NCBI GenBank assembly: GCA_028534125.1
Contig: CM052818.1
Span: forward strand, 36,210,001 to 36,274,000
DNA: 64,000 nt
Reading direction: 5' to 3'
From: Lama glama
Lineage: Eukaryota
Part shown: positions 34,544 to 48,442 of the stretch, one piece after another
How the letters are laid out: each line of letters starts with the position of its first letter
Position numbering within the stretch: position 1 is the stretch's first letter
Made by a program: the position numbers and the translations under genes
Notes under the pieces: model-generated
Seen by the model: the letters and a program-made list of their open reading frames with translations, nothing else
Databases searched by the model: none
What the model was told of the DNA's origin: nothing

Positions 34544-37500
34544 GTAAGAAAAAACGAGTTTGGGCGTAAGAGTTTAAAACTTTCTGTAAAGGTCCATAGT
34601 AAATATTTTAGGTTTCTGGGCCTTATGGTCTCCGTCACAACTACACAACTACTCTGCAGTTGTAATGGGAAAGATGCCATAGGCAATACATAAAAGAATG
34701 GGTATGACTGTGCTCCAATAAAACTTTACTTATGAACACTGCAATTTGAATTTCATATAGTTTTTACACATCACAAAGTATTATTTTGGGTTTTTTCCCC
34801 CCAACTACTTAAAAATGTAAAAACCATTCTTAGCTTGCAGGCCTACAAAAACTGGTATTGGGCCAAATTTCACCAGCCCACCACAGTATGCCAACTTCTA
34901 GTCTATTTAACCTCTGCAGGTAATGCCCCGTGATGTCCGAACACTTGTTAATGGATTCGCCAAGAACCCTTTGATAGCCAGAAGAGAAGGATTGTATTTC
35001 AAGGAGAAGGACTACAAATGTATCCGGGCAGATGAGTATTCTCTTTATGCTAAGAATGTGAGTGTTCCAGATTTGAAGACAACTGGGTTAAAAACCTTAA
35101 GAATTTGACTCCAATTTTCTGTGCCCCTCCTGATCCTATCTCTGAAACAGGCTAAGCCCATTACTGCAATGGCAGTGTTTGAGATAGCATGCAGTCTAAT
35201 GCCAGGAAGGCATATGTAAAAGAAAGTACTGACAGAGAAGCCTGAATTTGAGAAATGTTCGTTCCAGAATTCATCACCTGAACCTTGCCTGAACTGTGCC
35301 TCTCCACTACAATTCATCCTTCATATTCTACATTCTTCTTTTTTCAAAAAGTGGTATCATTCTTGTGCTTAAGGCCTCTCTTGGTTCTCTGTGGCCTTAA
35401 AGGAATTAAAGAGATGACAGTCACATTTCTGGATGGCCCTATATTATGGGTTAGGCACACTTCACCCACATTAAAAATTAAGTAGCCTTATTTACAGGTG
35501 AGGAAACTGAGGCTTGACAAGGTTAAATAAATAACTCTTCCATAATCATACAGCAGAAAATGGAGGGCTGGGATTCAAGCCCAGAGCTATATAATTCCAA
35601 AATGTATTTCCTTTCCATGACGTCAGTTGTTCTCATTAGGATAGGGGTATATTACAATCAACTGGGAAACTTTTTTCAAAATACACATGCTGTTCTTGCA
35701 GTCTGAAACTTTTTGAGGAAAGACAACTAAATTAGAGAAAAAGAATGGAGAGTCCAAAATCAAATTATGAATATAGAAGTCAGGAAACGGTGAAAAATGT
35801 GGCTGGAGCATTACTGCTAGTCCTGTGATTGGAACCAAGAGAAGGGCATTCTGTTTTATTCTGATCCAGGAAAATACTGGTGTCGTTGTTGTGAAGACGC
35901 AACTGTATCTTCTGGTGGCAACTTACACTGAGGGCATGTATCCTAGTGTCTGTGTGGAAGCCACAGAGAAGCTGGGTAAGTCTCTCTCAATGCCTGTCTT
36001 TATTCCCTACCGTAGTCAAGTCTTCTGACTGCAGATAACCCAATCCAATCAGCTAGGGCAGAAAGGAGGAATTTATTAGAAGGATTCTGGGGCTCCTTAA
36101 CAAAACCACTGGAAGGATGGAGTGCAGCTGAGCCACAGGGGAGATGGATTCCAGAAACTGCAACACTACCGGAACTCTTCTCTAGTCTAAGAAGATCAGC
36201 TTTGTTCCATCCCATTGCAAAATGCCTCCTTTCCTGGTGGTATCACAGCCAAGCTTTGCATCCTACCTCAGTTTCTTTTAGATCCCTGATCTGCAACATA
36301 TGGTTTACCCTTATATCAGTCAGCTGGGGGATCTGGGAGGGCATGGTGAAAAAGCAGAGATGTAGCTGTTGGGGGCCACCCTATATAAAAGGACCTTTTA
36401 CAGAAAAAGAAATTACTGTGAGCCAGGCAGTCAACTTGTTGGTGTCCACTGCATTCTCCTTCCATGTCTCTGTTTTTGAATAAAGATCTAATGTAGAACT
36501 GGGAAATTTTATCTACTGAGAGTTGAGCTTAATAAATGATAAACTCTGTGTTTAGATTTTTTAATCTAAATTTAAATTTCTAAAAAAATAAAACCTGTTG
36601 GAGTTTTTGAACATTCCTTTGTAATAGTAGAAGCCTCTACTTCTGCTAGTGAGGAAAGCAGCCATTCTTTCATTCTTTCAGCAAATCCTGTGATAACCTC
36701 CACGTCCACTGCACTATCCTAATGAGCTAGGAAGTCAAAGCGGGTTAAAATAAAGTCTGCCTTCCATGTCTCTCTATATGCTTTCCTATCTGCCTGAAAT
36801 ACCTTCCCTTTCTGTCCCTGCCCTTTCAGATCCAACTGGCAAATTCCTAATCATCACTGAAAACTAAGTCAGAACTTGAGTTTCTCTCCACTGTGCTATT
36901 TTATGCATAGTTTTATTTTTACCTACCTTAGAGTCCTTTATTTACCTAGATTGTGAGCCCCTAGAAGGCAAGAATTCTGTCTTAATCATCCTCCTATCTC
37001 CAGTGTCTAATGATGAGACAGTGTCTAATGATGAGTAGGCAATTAATACATGTTTGATGAACAAATAAATTAATGACATCTGCCTAGCAGAATCAGGGAG
37101 GGCTTCAGAGAGCTGAATCTTAAAGGATTAATTGAGAAAGTAACTACATCACAGAAATTATACACCCCCACACACACACAAATGTATACACCTTCACAGT
37201 TGTCATAAATAGTTCCCTGGCATGGATTGTCATAAACCATGCTACACAGCTGGCAATGAGGTATTCTAGGAGCAAAGAGGACTAAGCATGGGTAAGATGC
37301 AACTTAGGAAGCACCTAACAGAAGGGGTGAACTCCAACTTGAGAGGAACAGGCAATTACAACCATCAAGGACCTTTCCTGAGCAGGTGTTGGGATTTAAG
37401 GCAGGTTCAGTTTCAGTAGAGCGCGGCAGGAGCAGGAAGGCAGAACAGAGACTTCTACATCAGGGCTAATTATCTAATTAAAGGTGTCCAGAAAATGAGG

Positions 37501-37966
37501 CTAGGAAAATGGACAATTAAGCTGTCAAGAAGCTGGACTCTATCCTATCAGCTGGGGCCCAGGGCTAAGTCCCCAGGTCTCCTGTGGAGAAGACCAGACA
37601 AGTTTCATGATCACTATAATGTAGAGTCTGTGGCTGGCACTAAAGAGTGCTTAAAGCCACAAAAGACTCCAAAGAATGTGTTGTAGTTAGAAGGACAAGG
37701 CTGACATCATTCCACTGAGATTTCACTGCTCTGGGAAGGGATAGACTATCTTGGAAGTGGTTGGATGCTCAGAGGGATGGATGAAGCTGGTTACTAGTCT
37801 CATATCTCATCACTTACTTATTTCCTTCACTTGTTTTCCTTTTAATTACATTTATGTCTATTAAAAATTATACTTGATAATTACAGAAAACTTGGGAAAT
37901 ACAGAATTACGACTATTAAAACTTCTCATTATGAAGGATTTTAGGAGCATTATACATACATTTTAC

Positions 37967-38013
<47 letters not shown>

Positions 38014-38257
38014 GGGATATATATATATATTCCCTTACTAGACAATGAACTCCCTGAGGGAGGAACTAGGTCTTAACTGTCCAGTCATCCTTGTACCTCC
38101 AGGTACTTAGCACAGTGCCCAGCATGTGGTAGTCACTCACAAATGTGGGTGGGATAAAAAAAAATGAATGAATCATATTGTGATAATATACTGTTCACAA
38201 ATAATCACCATGTTCTGTTGCCTTTCAGGAGACTATCTAAGAAGAAAAGGAAATTAA
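34427..38257 (+). CDS. PFN4: Profilin-4, full spliced CDS (129 aa)
   Basis: 117+138+106+29 = 390 nt in phase; [25 protein letters not shown]...[12 protein letters not shown]. Confidence 0.95.
34567..34900 (+). mobile_element. MER58-like hAT DNA transposon in PFN4 intron
   Basis: tttctgtaaaggtccatagtaaatattttagg...ccaataaaacttta...cagtatgccaac, about 335 bp. Confidence 0.75.
34920..35057 (+). CDS. PFN4: PFN4 coding exon 2
   Basis: ctgcag|[46 protein letters not shown]|gtgagt. Confidence 0.95.
35870..35975 (+). CDS. PFN4: PFN4 coding exon 3
   Basis: atccag|[36 protein letters not shown]|gtaagt. Confidence 0.95.
37974..38030. repeat. (TG)n microsatellite with (TA)n
   Basis: About 18 TG units followed by TA repeats. 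Confidence 0.95.
38229..38257 (+). CDS. PFN4: PFN4 last coding exon
   Basis: cctttcag|GA GAC TAT CTA AGA AGA AAA GGA AAT TAA = GDYLRRKGN*. Confidence 0.92.
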
Positions 38258-38525
38258 GTTATCAGAGGATGATCAAAGACAATCTTTATGATTTTAGAAG
38301 AAAACTACAGATCTTAAAGAAAAAACCAATGCCTATGCTGTGGCTGAAAAACACTAGGCTGAAGATGCCAGAAGGAAGAATGAGCTGAGGAAGCAATTTT
38401 TGTTATTTCAAGAGATCCTCTTCTTTAATTGGAATTATTTGATCTACTTTACTTGTTCTTTTTTTTTTTTAAGTGTTGGTTATTGGCATGAATGGGAGGG
38501 CGCCAATAGTTTCACAGGGCGTATC

Positions 38526-39072
38526 TGTTGGGAGACTGCTCCATGAATCCCTTGTATTCCCACACATCTTTCTGAGTATGCCAAGAATGCAAGGCCCTCA
38601 CCACTCTTCATGCAGGCGATTTCAGGGTTATGCTGCAGGAAGCAACCTTGAATAATGAAGTAACTTCTCCCTTCAGAACAAAGAGCCAGCGTGCTTACTA
38701 CTTGCTATAAAAAAGGTAAATTCCCTTAACTAATGTTCCCGTCCTATAGTGCAGCTCGCCCTGCACTGTCGCAACCATCTGGTCCACATCACCCCTGTGG
38801 GACTTGGGGAGAAAGGGAACCAATGCAAAGGCCACCCAACAATGGGCCAGGAGTCAAGGTATCTGATGAACATTCCACACTCCCCACCATCTGCAGGTAT
38901 CTAATTTTGTTAAGCTTTGGAAAGACCTTTTCAAAAATCAACTCAAAAAGATTTTTGACTCCGTCTCCCTCACTTTCTTGTAGTCCACAAAACTTAGTAT
39001 GGTCAGTCAATGCAACCTTCCCCAGAAAGAGTTCATCTCCTCTTGGCCACCTCCTAGGTGATGACTGGAACA
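38526..39072 (+). mobile_element. Probable solo ERV LTR just 3' of PFN4
   Basis: TGTT...AACA ends, internal TATA-like ctataaaa, LTR-like composition. Confidence 0.5.
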
Positions 39073-41004
39073 ATATAGGGGGAGAGTTATATAACCTATT
39101 TCGAAAATTCAGGATTCTGCCCTGATCCTTCCTGGACATGTGCCTCTTTCTCTCTCCTAATAGCAACCTTAGGCCAGCCTGGTTGGTACACCCTCCAAGT
39201 GTCCCTGGGGAGGGAATACCACAGACCACTGGCAATTTTTGACATGATCATGCAGTTTTTGAATTCTAAAAGCATGCTATCTTGGACAAGGTGTCTCTTA
39301 TTAGTGTTTATAAAATTCTCCCATTTTCAGGCTTTGTGTAATAGCCTTTCAATACTATTTCTTTTCTGAGCTTAGTTGGCAAGAACTATAGATTTACTCT
39401 TGGTGGTCAACCTTACCACTAGTCCATACATTCATTTATCTGTTCAGATGCTTGATTCTTTTTTGAACAAGAGGTAAAAAAGCATTTAAAATTCACTTAT
39501 TTAGCATTCATTGAGTAGCCTACTGTGTGCTAAGTACTGGTGATACAAAAGTAAATAATATATGTACCCCACCCCAAATGGGATTACAAGCTAGTTGGGA
39601 AAACAAAGTTACAAATGACTCCATTACCAGATGATAAATGCTGTAACAGGTATAAAAAGAGAACTATAAAGCACAAAGCCTGAGGCAACCAGCTCTTCAT
39701 TCAGGAGCCTGCAAATATATTTGAAGTGACTCTGGAAGAATAAAGATAGAAGAGAATGAAAAGCATTCCAGGTCTAAGAAACAGGATATGCAAATTCCTG
39801 TTGTGTGAAAAGAATGGTAAGAAGTTCAATGTGGCTAGAAAGTAGTATATATGGGAGATTGATAAATGAAACTGCAAAGGTGAATGGGGCCTAAGGAGAA
39901 AAGGCGACTTTCTTCAGGGTCACACAGGCCATCAAGCAGTGCTGTGGTATACACAAAGTAATACACACTTATACCTAAACTTGAGAAAGTAAGTTACTCA
40001 TAATTTCACATTAAATGAAAACTAATGTTGATACTTTTTATTTTCTTCCAGGCTTTTTTTCAGTGTTCATAATATATACATTTTAACCTAACCTAGATCA
40101 GCAATACATATGGTTGACAACCCACTCTGTTCACTTTCATTTATGAAACCTTTAATATCACTAAAATTGCTTAGAAAATATTTTTAATCATTGCATATCA
40201 CATGATATTTAGGTTATTTCCACTTTTGCACTTCATAAATAACATTGCAGTTTATAACTTGTACATAATTCTTTGTGTCTCATGATTTCCTTAGGTCTGA
40301 AAGTAGAATTTCAGAGCAAATTTATAGCTCTCTGGAGTTTTTGTTGTTTTGTTAACAGAGAAGGAGTTTTATATGGTTTATAAAAGGTAATTGGGAGGGA
40401 GTTTTGGGGGGGAAGGGAGGAAGTTGTATGTAATTCAGCTCTAACTCATCAGTTTCCTATGCTTGTGGGATTGGGGCTGAGGCAGTCTTCCCAAGTGCCC
40501 CAATAAATGAGAATGAGAGGAAATGCAGCCAGTTAAACTGGCTGAGTCAGAAACCAGAGAGGCAGGTTACTATTTGAATCCAGATAGTGCTAAATCATAG
40601 TGACACTGGACAGTTGCTCCTGTAGAATATAGAGATGTACAATACAGAGACACTCATGAGGTTTACAGGATAAGCCAGGAAGCATTTGGGGACTTCTAGG
40701 TACAACTCCAGAGGAAGCCATGCATGCCAAGGCCAAGAGCTAAACAGAAGGCTGGGCTATTAATGCTTTGGGTTAACATTATGCTGTATCATCAAAACAA
40801 AATGGACTAGAGCAGAGACATGCAAAAAATGGTGCTCAGGCCCACAACACTTGAACATCTGAACATATTGATACGTGTAGAAGGAATGTGTAACCATAGG
40901 AAGTGGAAGCTGATCAGCCAGGGAAGCCTAGACAAGGAGTCCCTGGAGCAAATGCTGGTTGGGCTGTTCAAGATGGGAGGAACCTTGAGCAAACAATTCA
41001 AGTT

Positions 41005-41755
41005 GTCTGGTATTTTCTAGCAGCAACTCTGACACCAACTGATGTCCTACAATTCAATCCCATTTGACACTAACTACCTGGAATTAATGCAGACCCCACA
41101 GACTAAGGCGCTCAGATCCATAAGACTGCCTTCATTTCAAATGTCAGCCACAACTCTTGGGTCCCCAGACTACTCAGACTTCTGACTTGGTTACAAATTT
41201 GAGGGTTCCTTTGACCCCACTTTGGTTTGATAATTTGCTAAAATGACTCAATGAACTCAAGAAAGTGTTATACTTATGATTACAGTTTTATTATAAAGAA
41301 TACAATTCAGGAACAGCCAAATGGAAGAAATACTTAGGGCAGGGTCCTGGAGGTAGGGCACAGGGGCTCCGAGCTTCCATGCTTTGGTGAACCACCCTCC
41401 CAGAATATCAATTCACCAACCAGGTAGCTCTCCAAACCTCATTCCAGAGTTTCTATTTGGGGTTTCATTAGTAGGCATGATTGATTAAGTCACTGGCCAC
41501 ATGATTGAACTTAATCTCCGGTCCCTCTCCCCTCCCCAGAGATCAGGGGTTGAAGCTAAAAATTTCAACCCTCTAATCTAATCCTCTAGTGACTGGTCCC
41601 ATCCTGCAGCTATGTAGCCCTTCACTCCCCACCATGAGTTATCTCATTAGCATGAATAACAAAACACACTCCTATCACTCAGGAAATCCCAGGAGTTTCA
41701 AAGCTCTGTGCCAGAAAACAGGTACAAAGACTAAATATATATTTACTATATCACT
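41005..41755. mobile_element. MER21-like LTR
   Basis: tgacactaactacctgg...gcagaccccaca and ggtttgataatttgcta...gaactca motifs. Confidence 0.65.
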
Positions 41756-42364
41756 TCTGGTCTTAATGGCAAGATTTTACCATGGTATATAGGTGGCTAT
41801 ATGTTCTATCTTAGCCAGATTTAGTAGTAAGCATTCAATTCTCTCAATCATCTCATCTTGTCCTGAGTCTTTGCTCACCATTTCACTTTCCATGTAGATC
41901 TACCTATTGATTTTGGGGTCAGACCTCATGCCAATGATTTCTCCTTGTAAATTAGCACATTGACATCTGAACTTTACAACTTAGTTATGTGGACTATATA
42001 CCCACTCTCCACATGTTGACAAACTGGGGTTTTTGAGCCTGCAAGGCAGGTTTGCCCCTGGATCATGATGATACCTGAAATACTGAAGGCCATTATGAAA
42101 CCTCTTGGCTACTCACCAGCATTTGCCAGACACACACACTCTGCACTGCCGGGTGCCTAATGGGAGCCTTTTTCATAAGTCTCATCAAGGCACTGCCTCA
42201 GTGTCTGGAGCCCTCCTATGTAAGACAGCCCTATAATTGCATCCTATAATTCCCACTGCAAAGTTCCAGCTGGGCTCAGCTACTCAAAGAGACCCATAAA
42301 AGTGACCTTTTGATGACAGCTACACAGTACCTGTGCAGGTGTCCAGGGAGCAGATGATCTGAAA

Positions 42365-44167
42365 CAGAGGTCTCCAAACAAGGGAAATTGGTGCCCCATG
42401 GTTCACAATGGCACATACAGGCATGAATGGATTTAAGGGGTTCATTTTTTCCAGATCCTCAACTTCCATACACACTTTCCTAAAATTTATCTGCTATGAT
42501 TGAGAAGTAATGCTAGTTCTTCTTCTCCACCTCCCCTCCCCAACTGCCTAATAAACTTTCTACAAAAGAAAATCCTACTGTCATCCAGCCCCAGCTTTCT
42601 GTGATGCTTGGCTTGGAGTATAAGAACTGCAGAGCGCCAAAGGAAAGGAAATTTCTAAATATTCTCAAATTTAATGACCTCTTCCATCCTCTAGTGTCAA
42701 AAATATATCATATGAGAAGAGTTCCATGAAAATAAAGCAAAAATAGCATCACTGAGAAATAGTGAAAATCTTTATATCTTAATTCATTAGGAGAGGAAGA
42801 CTCCATGTCTTATCTATGTCCCTTAAAATTCAGAAGCAAAACAGCTGTCATGAGGACATGAATTAACACGATTACTTAAAAAATGAGAAACTTTTTCTAA
42901 TAGAAAGTAATTTGATTTGGCTGATTAGTTTAACAATGATGGCCGGCTTTGCCAAGAAGAATGCCACTGATATTTTTCATAAGTGGGTTAAGTCTACAGC
43001 TCCAAGATGTTAATAAAAATATACCTACAGCACATGATACAGTAAAAGGATATAGTCAAAAAACTGTCTTAGCAAAAGTGTATTGGGATTAACATTTTTC
43101 CTTTCCATATCCTCCTGAGTATATCAATTTAAACAAGGTGCCTCTAAGTGAAAAAGCAGCAGATAAAATTAATAATCACTTGATAAATCTTTGCAAAGCT
43201 TTGTTGGTATAACCCCAGAAACTGAGAACTGGAATGACACTTGTTATTGGATAACTAATCCTTTACAGGTTGAGTGGTTTCCAAATCTTTGCTTTCAACA
43301 CAATTGAAGGAAGACCTAATTAAGTTGCCAGCTAATAGATCACTGAAAATAATTTTTGATGATAGATCATTATATGGTTTCTATCATATAACTCAAAGGT
43401 ATTCAAACAACTGGCTGACATTCCTATAATGAAATTTCTTTTTTCCCATCTAATTTATGCAAATTAAGTTTCTCACAGCTTGTCCATAAAAATGAAAAAT
43501 AGAGATTAATGTTGAGCCCAGTTTCATCCTAGCAATAATTAACACTCATTCGCAGATACAGTAATTATCTGGAAAAATTCAGGCCCACCAATGGTCCAAT
43601 AAAATTTTACTTTTTATGTTCTATAATTATTAATAGTTAAAATAATACTTTAAATAACATTAAAATCATTCAAAATAATGTTTTTGATCAGTTATTCATT
43701 AATATTATAATGATAATTAAATCCAGAAGAAGTCTAACACTTATAGCCCTATGGTCACAGAAAATAAATTCTTACATTAATGTCAGGTTACATATATTTA
43801 TTTGCTGCAAATAAGAATGATCAATAAAGCATAAAATATAGCAGGATATAATTCTTATATAAAATGAAGATATAAGTATTAGAATAAAAATGAAATTTTA
43901 AAACAGCTGTTAAAGAATAAATTGGGTAGTTTTTAGTGGATGATTATATTAACAAATTGCTCTTAAATCTGTATTCCACTTGATACATTTAAAAGCCTGA
44001 CAAAAGAGTTTTTAACGTCAGTATTTATGATCAGAAGTCATATCTTTTGCACTACTTAAATTTAAGATGAAATATTTTAGATATCAATTTGAATATTTAA
44101 GAGAGGACACATAGTTTTTGAAAATGCTTTTTGTCTGTTTGAGAATAAAAAAGTGTGAAGACCACTG
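42365..44167. mobile_element. 1.8-kb hAT-Charlie-like DNA transposon with terminal inverted repeats
   Basis: Left end cagaggtctccaaac; reverse complement of right end cagtggtcttcacac; AT-rich decayed interior. Confidence 0.6.
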
Positions 44168-47100
44168 CCTGGAATTAGAAATGTCTTGGGCCCTGAGCCA
44201 CATGGATGGCTGCCCAGGAAAATGGCCGGGGCAGGTAACCAAACAGGCAGCTCCACTAAGCTTACTCCAAGCCTTTCCCTCTCCTAGAGACTTCTTGAGT
44301 CCCTACTCCTGGGATCTGCCCCACCATCCTCAGGGTGGGGTGCTCATCGAGAGAGAGGAGGAAGAGCCCAGAGAAAGTCCTGCAAGCACAGACTGGCATG
44401 GTACCCAGAAGTGAACTGGCCCAGCTCCTCCAGGGAGTGTCAGCCCTTACACAGTTTCAGAACCATGAGTCATCACTGAGCTGCTGGGCTGCCCAAGTTT
44501 GGGCTTGAGTTACCAGAGAAGCTGCTGTTTTAAGGTAACTCAGCAGAACCGCACAGGACCCTTTAGAGGTGCTTAGGAGCCCACTGGACATCTGGCAGAG
44601 ATTACTCCCCACTCCCATTTAATTTTCAGGATAAGCAGCAGCTGTGCCCTTACAACATTTGAGTTTCTGGGACACATGCTTCCACCCCATGCCAGCACAG
44701 ATCTTGCTTGTTCTGCTTAAACATGATTCTTTGAGGAGACGCTTAAGAGGCCAGAGATGTGGAGGACTGCGTAATATTGCCATTGCAACCAGTCATCTGA
44801 AAATCACCACCCAATCCCAAAATTTATATTTTGACCAAAACAAAGGGGTTGGGGCAGGGGATGTTTGTGGGGCTTCCAGCAGACCTCTTTGCTGATCCTT
44901 TGGGAAGTCCATTCACCCAGAGATGGAGAAAATGTGTGTTGCACCAAGGGAAACCTCATAAGTTCCCCTACAACTTTGTAGCAATACCTCTCCCTCCTGT
45001 TTGGCCCAGCTATTTCCATGTCCTTCCTTCCCTCCACTTGTCCTTTTTCCTCCCCCTTCAATGAAGCCTTCAGGTGGAAGTGCTGATGAGACAGCCTGAC
45101 TCAGGAGTCCTGGGTTCCAGCAACTGCTCTGTACTGACTAGCTCTGTGACCCTAGAAAGCATTTACCCCTCTGACTCTCAGTTTCCCCATCTGAAAACAG
45201 ACCTCATAACTTGCCTCTTTGGGAAGCTGCAAGCCTCCAGTGAGCACAGCCACATCCATGCATTGTGACCTGTCCCCCAGCTCTGATAGGAGCTCTACCC
45301 TATCAGACACCCTCAGCCTGGAGGGCTATTGTGGGGTCCCTTGGGCTCCCTCAACTTCTTCATCCTCCACCCACAGCCTGTACTGCCTCTTCTCTGCCCA
45401 CCACAGGCTGGCAAGGGCTGATGCTTTCTCCTCCAATTTGTTGATCTTAGAGTTGTAGTGACAGATTTCCTAATACTGATTTTATATGTATACTCATATA
45501 GTACCTTACTTTTGATAAATTGCTGAATTCCATTTGCTAATTTTTAAAAGAAATTTTTGTCTTTATTAATCAACCTTTGCTACAAAAATAAACTACTTCA
45601 AAATCTTAACAGTTTATAACAACAACTGTTTATCTCTTGCTCACTTACGGCTATGCAGGGCCCTGCTGGGCTCTCCTGGGCTTAGTCCCAGACAGTAGTT
45701 TGGGTTCAGGTCTGCTCTGTACGTTTCGTCATCCTGGGACAAGCTGAAGGACACCACCTGTGGACGGTAGGAGGCCAAGAAGGCTGACGGAAAATGACCG
45801 TGTCCTTGTGACTTGTGCCCCATCCCACTGGCCAAAGCAAGTCACAGGGCCAAGCACAACATCAATGGGGTGAGGGGAAAACACACCTCCCATTGGGAGA
45901 AGTAATTTTGCTGGAAAATCCTCCATTTTCTCTAGGGTTGAAGATTTGTTGCCATAAAGTTATGTGTAATTTGAATTTATTCTTCTTTAAACTACTCCTG
46001 TATCTGTAGTTGTATCTCCTTTCTCATTCCGAATCTTTCATACTTTCTCTCTTATTCCCTGAATCCAACTCACAATAGAGTTCATCTGTTATTGGTTTTT
46101 ATAAAGAATTAGCCTTTGGATTTGTTTATCTTGACTATCGTTTTGTTTATTTGTTTTCTATTTTACTTATGTCAGCTCTTATTTTCATTCTTTTTTTCAG
46201 TTTATTTTTGTTTATTTTGTGTTACTTTGCTAACTTAAGAATATCTAGTTTCTTCATTTTTCATGTTTCTTCTTTAATATTGAGCACATTTAAAACATAT
46301 TTAAGGTTATTCTCCTTTGGTTTATTTCTACATAGTTTGTAATTCTCCCTCACCTCCTTTTAATTTCCCTTGTAGTACCCACTTTGATCCAAAGGTTATC
46401 TTAGAATGTGTTTCTTCCAAATACTTAAGGGATTTCTGAGGTGGTGAAAGTATCCTCTTTTTATCATTCATTCCTAATTTTATTAACATATGATTGAGCA
46501 AATATGGCCTGTAAAATTCTTGCTTTCTAAAATTTGTTAAGGTTTTTCTTTGGTGACAAGTGCTTAATTAATTCTATAAATGTTCGATGGACCTAAAATA
46601 GACATACTCTATTTGCAAGGTTTATTAAATCAAGTTTACTGATTGCACTACCCAATTCTTCTGTGTCACTGATTTTTTTCTATTATATCACTCAAATCCT
46701 GAAAGGGATTTACTAAATTCTTCCACTAGGATTACATTTCTGTCCATTTATCTTTGAATTTCTAATTTAGCTTTATTGTTTTATGCATTCAGGCTCATAA
46801 TTTTTATATCTTCCTTACAGATCTTACCTTTTTAAAGTCATCTGGCAATCTCTGACTCATAATAGGAGAATTTATCTGTTTAAATTTATTGTAATAATTG
46901 CTATGCTTTTGATTTTATTTTTCATTTTATTATTAAACATTTTTCTCTTTTTCCTTCTATTTCCTTTGCCAGCTTTATTAAGTGGTTACCATTTCCATTT
47001 CCCCACTTTGATAATTTGGATGTTCTCTTGTTCATTTCCCAACTTTCATAATCAGATACATTTCTCCTAAATATAACCTATTTTCCCTTAAGATTGTATC

Positions 47101-47844
47101 CCCTCCTCCCTTGGAAGTGTTCCCCACCAAGGCATTCACTAGTGAGGTAAGATCTTTAGCATCTTTCAACTTCGAGTTTTGCAGAGACATTTTAGTACAG
47201 TTAGTGCTTGATTATTATTTAGAATTGCCCTCACAGTAATTTCTTACATTTTAAAAGTTCTTATTTAGCTCTCATATATACTCCCCATCCACCCTTATCC
47301 ACTGTGAATTTTAATCTAATCAGTTTAATTCTATATATTTTGCAAAGTTTGTTGTTTACAACTGTTTCTTCTCCATCTGCTGTTATTTGGTTAGAGCCTT
47401 GACTCAAGTATTGACAGGTGGATCTGGGTGATGTGTTTCTCTCTTTTTTTTTTTTTTTTTTGACAGTCAAATGTGCTTACACTTATAAATAGTAAGTACT
47501 CCATTTGTGTCCCTTTTTTTAGATTCCACAAATAAGTGATATCATATGGCATTTTTCTTTCTCTTTCTGGCTCTGGGTGATGTGTTTCTGAACTCTTGCA
47601 TATTCTCAAATATATATATATTTTAGCCCTGACAAATTGAAAAAAGTACCTGACTTAGCTGGATACAGGATTATTGGGTTGCAGCCCTTTCCCTCTGGTC
47701 AGTAGGTGGTAAGTCTACTCTTCTAGCTTCCAGATTGCAGACAGAAACCTGATGCCATTTTGATTTCTTAACCTTTTGTAGGCAACTTATTCTTTTTACT
47801 TGGAAATCTATAGAACTAAGAATTTTACAGCATATAGCTGTAGG

Positions 47845-47994
47845 TTTCTGTTTTGCTTTGTTTTGTTGTTTTGTTTTGGGGGTAAGGTAATCAGGTTTAT
47901 TCATTTATTTATTTAATGGAGATACTGGAGATTGAACCCAGGACCTCATGCATGCTAGGCAAGCGCTCTACCACTGAGCTATATCTCAACCTCC
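47845..47994 (-). mobile_element. tRNA-derived SINE (Vic-1-like)
   Basis: attgaacccaggacctcatgcatgctaggcaagcgctctaccactgagctata; flanking gaattttaca repeat. Confidence 0.85.
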
Positions 47995-48356
47995 TGAATT
48001 TTACAAAATACAGATACGTGGTTTTTTTAGTCAACCCATCCTTTAAATCCACGAATCATTTCAATTTATAGAATCTGCTACAGTTTAGGCAATTTTTATT
48101 TTATCACTTGTTTAACTATTGTGTCATCTTCATCCATTTCTCTTCCTTTCTTTTTTAAAAAAATTTCTTTATTTATTTATTTCATTTATTGAAGTGTAGT
48201 CAGTTTACAATGTTGTGGCAATTTCAGGTGTATAGCATACTGTTTCAGTCATACATATACATACATATATTATATACATACATATATTTCATATATAGGT
48301 TACTACAAGGTATTGAATATAATTCCCTGTGCTATACAGAAGAAACCTGTTTAATC

Positions 48357-48442
48357 TATTTTATATACAGTGTCCTCCTCTTTCTAAAACTCCTGTTATT
48401 TTATATATAGTGTCCTCCTCTTTCTAAAACTCCTGTTATTTT
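48357..48442. repeat. 40-bp tandem duplication at the 5' junction of an L1 fragment (48150-48370, minus)
   Basis: 48361-48400 vs 48401-48440 differ at one base. Confidence 0.9.

Noticed and set aside
38733..39235. 130-aa and 148-aa ORFs 3' of PFN4
   Set aside because: Overlap a probable LTR; no gag/pol/env or other homology recognisable.
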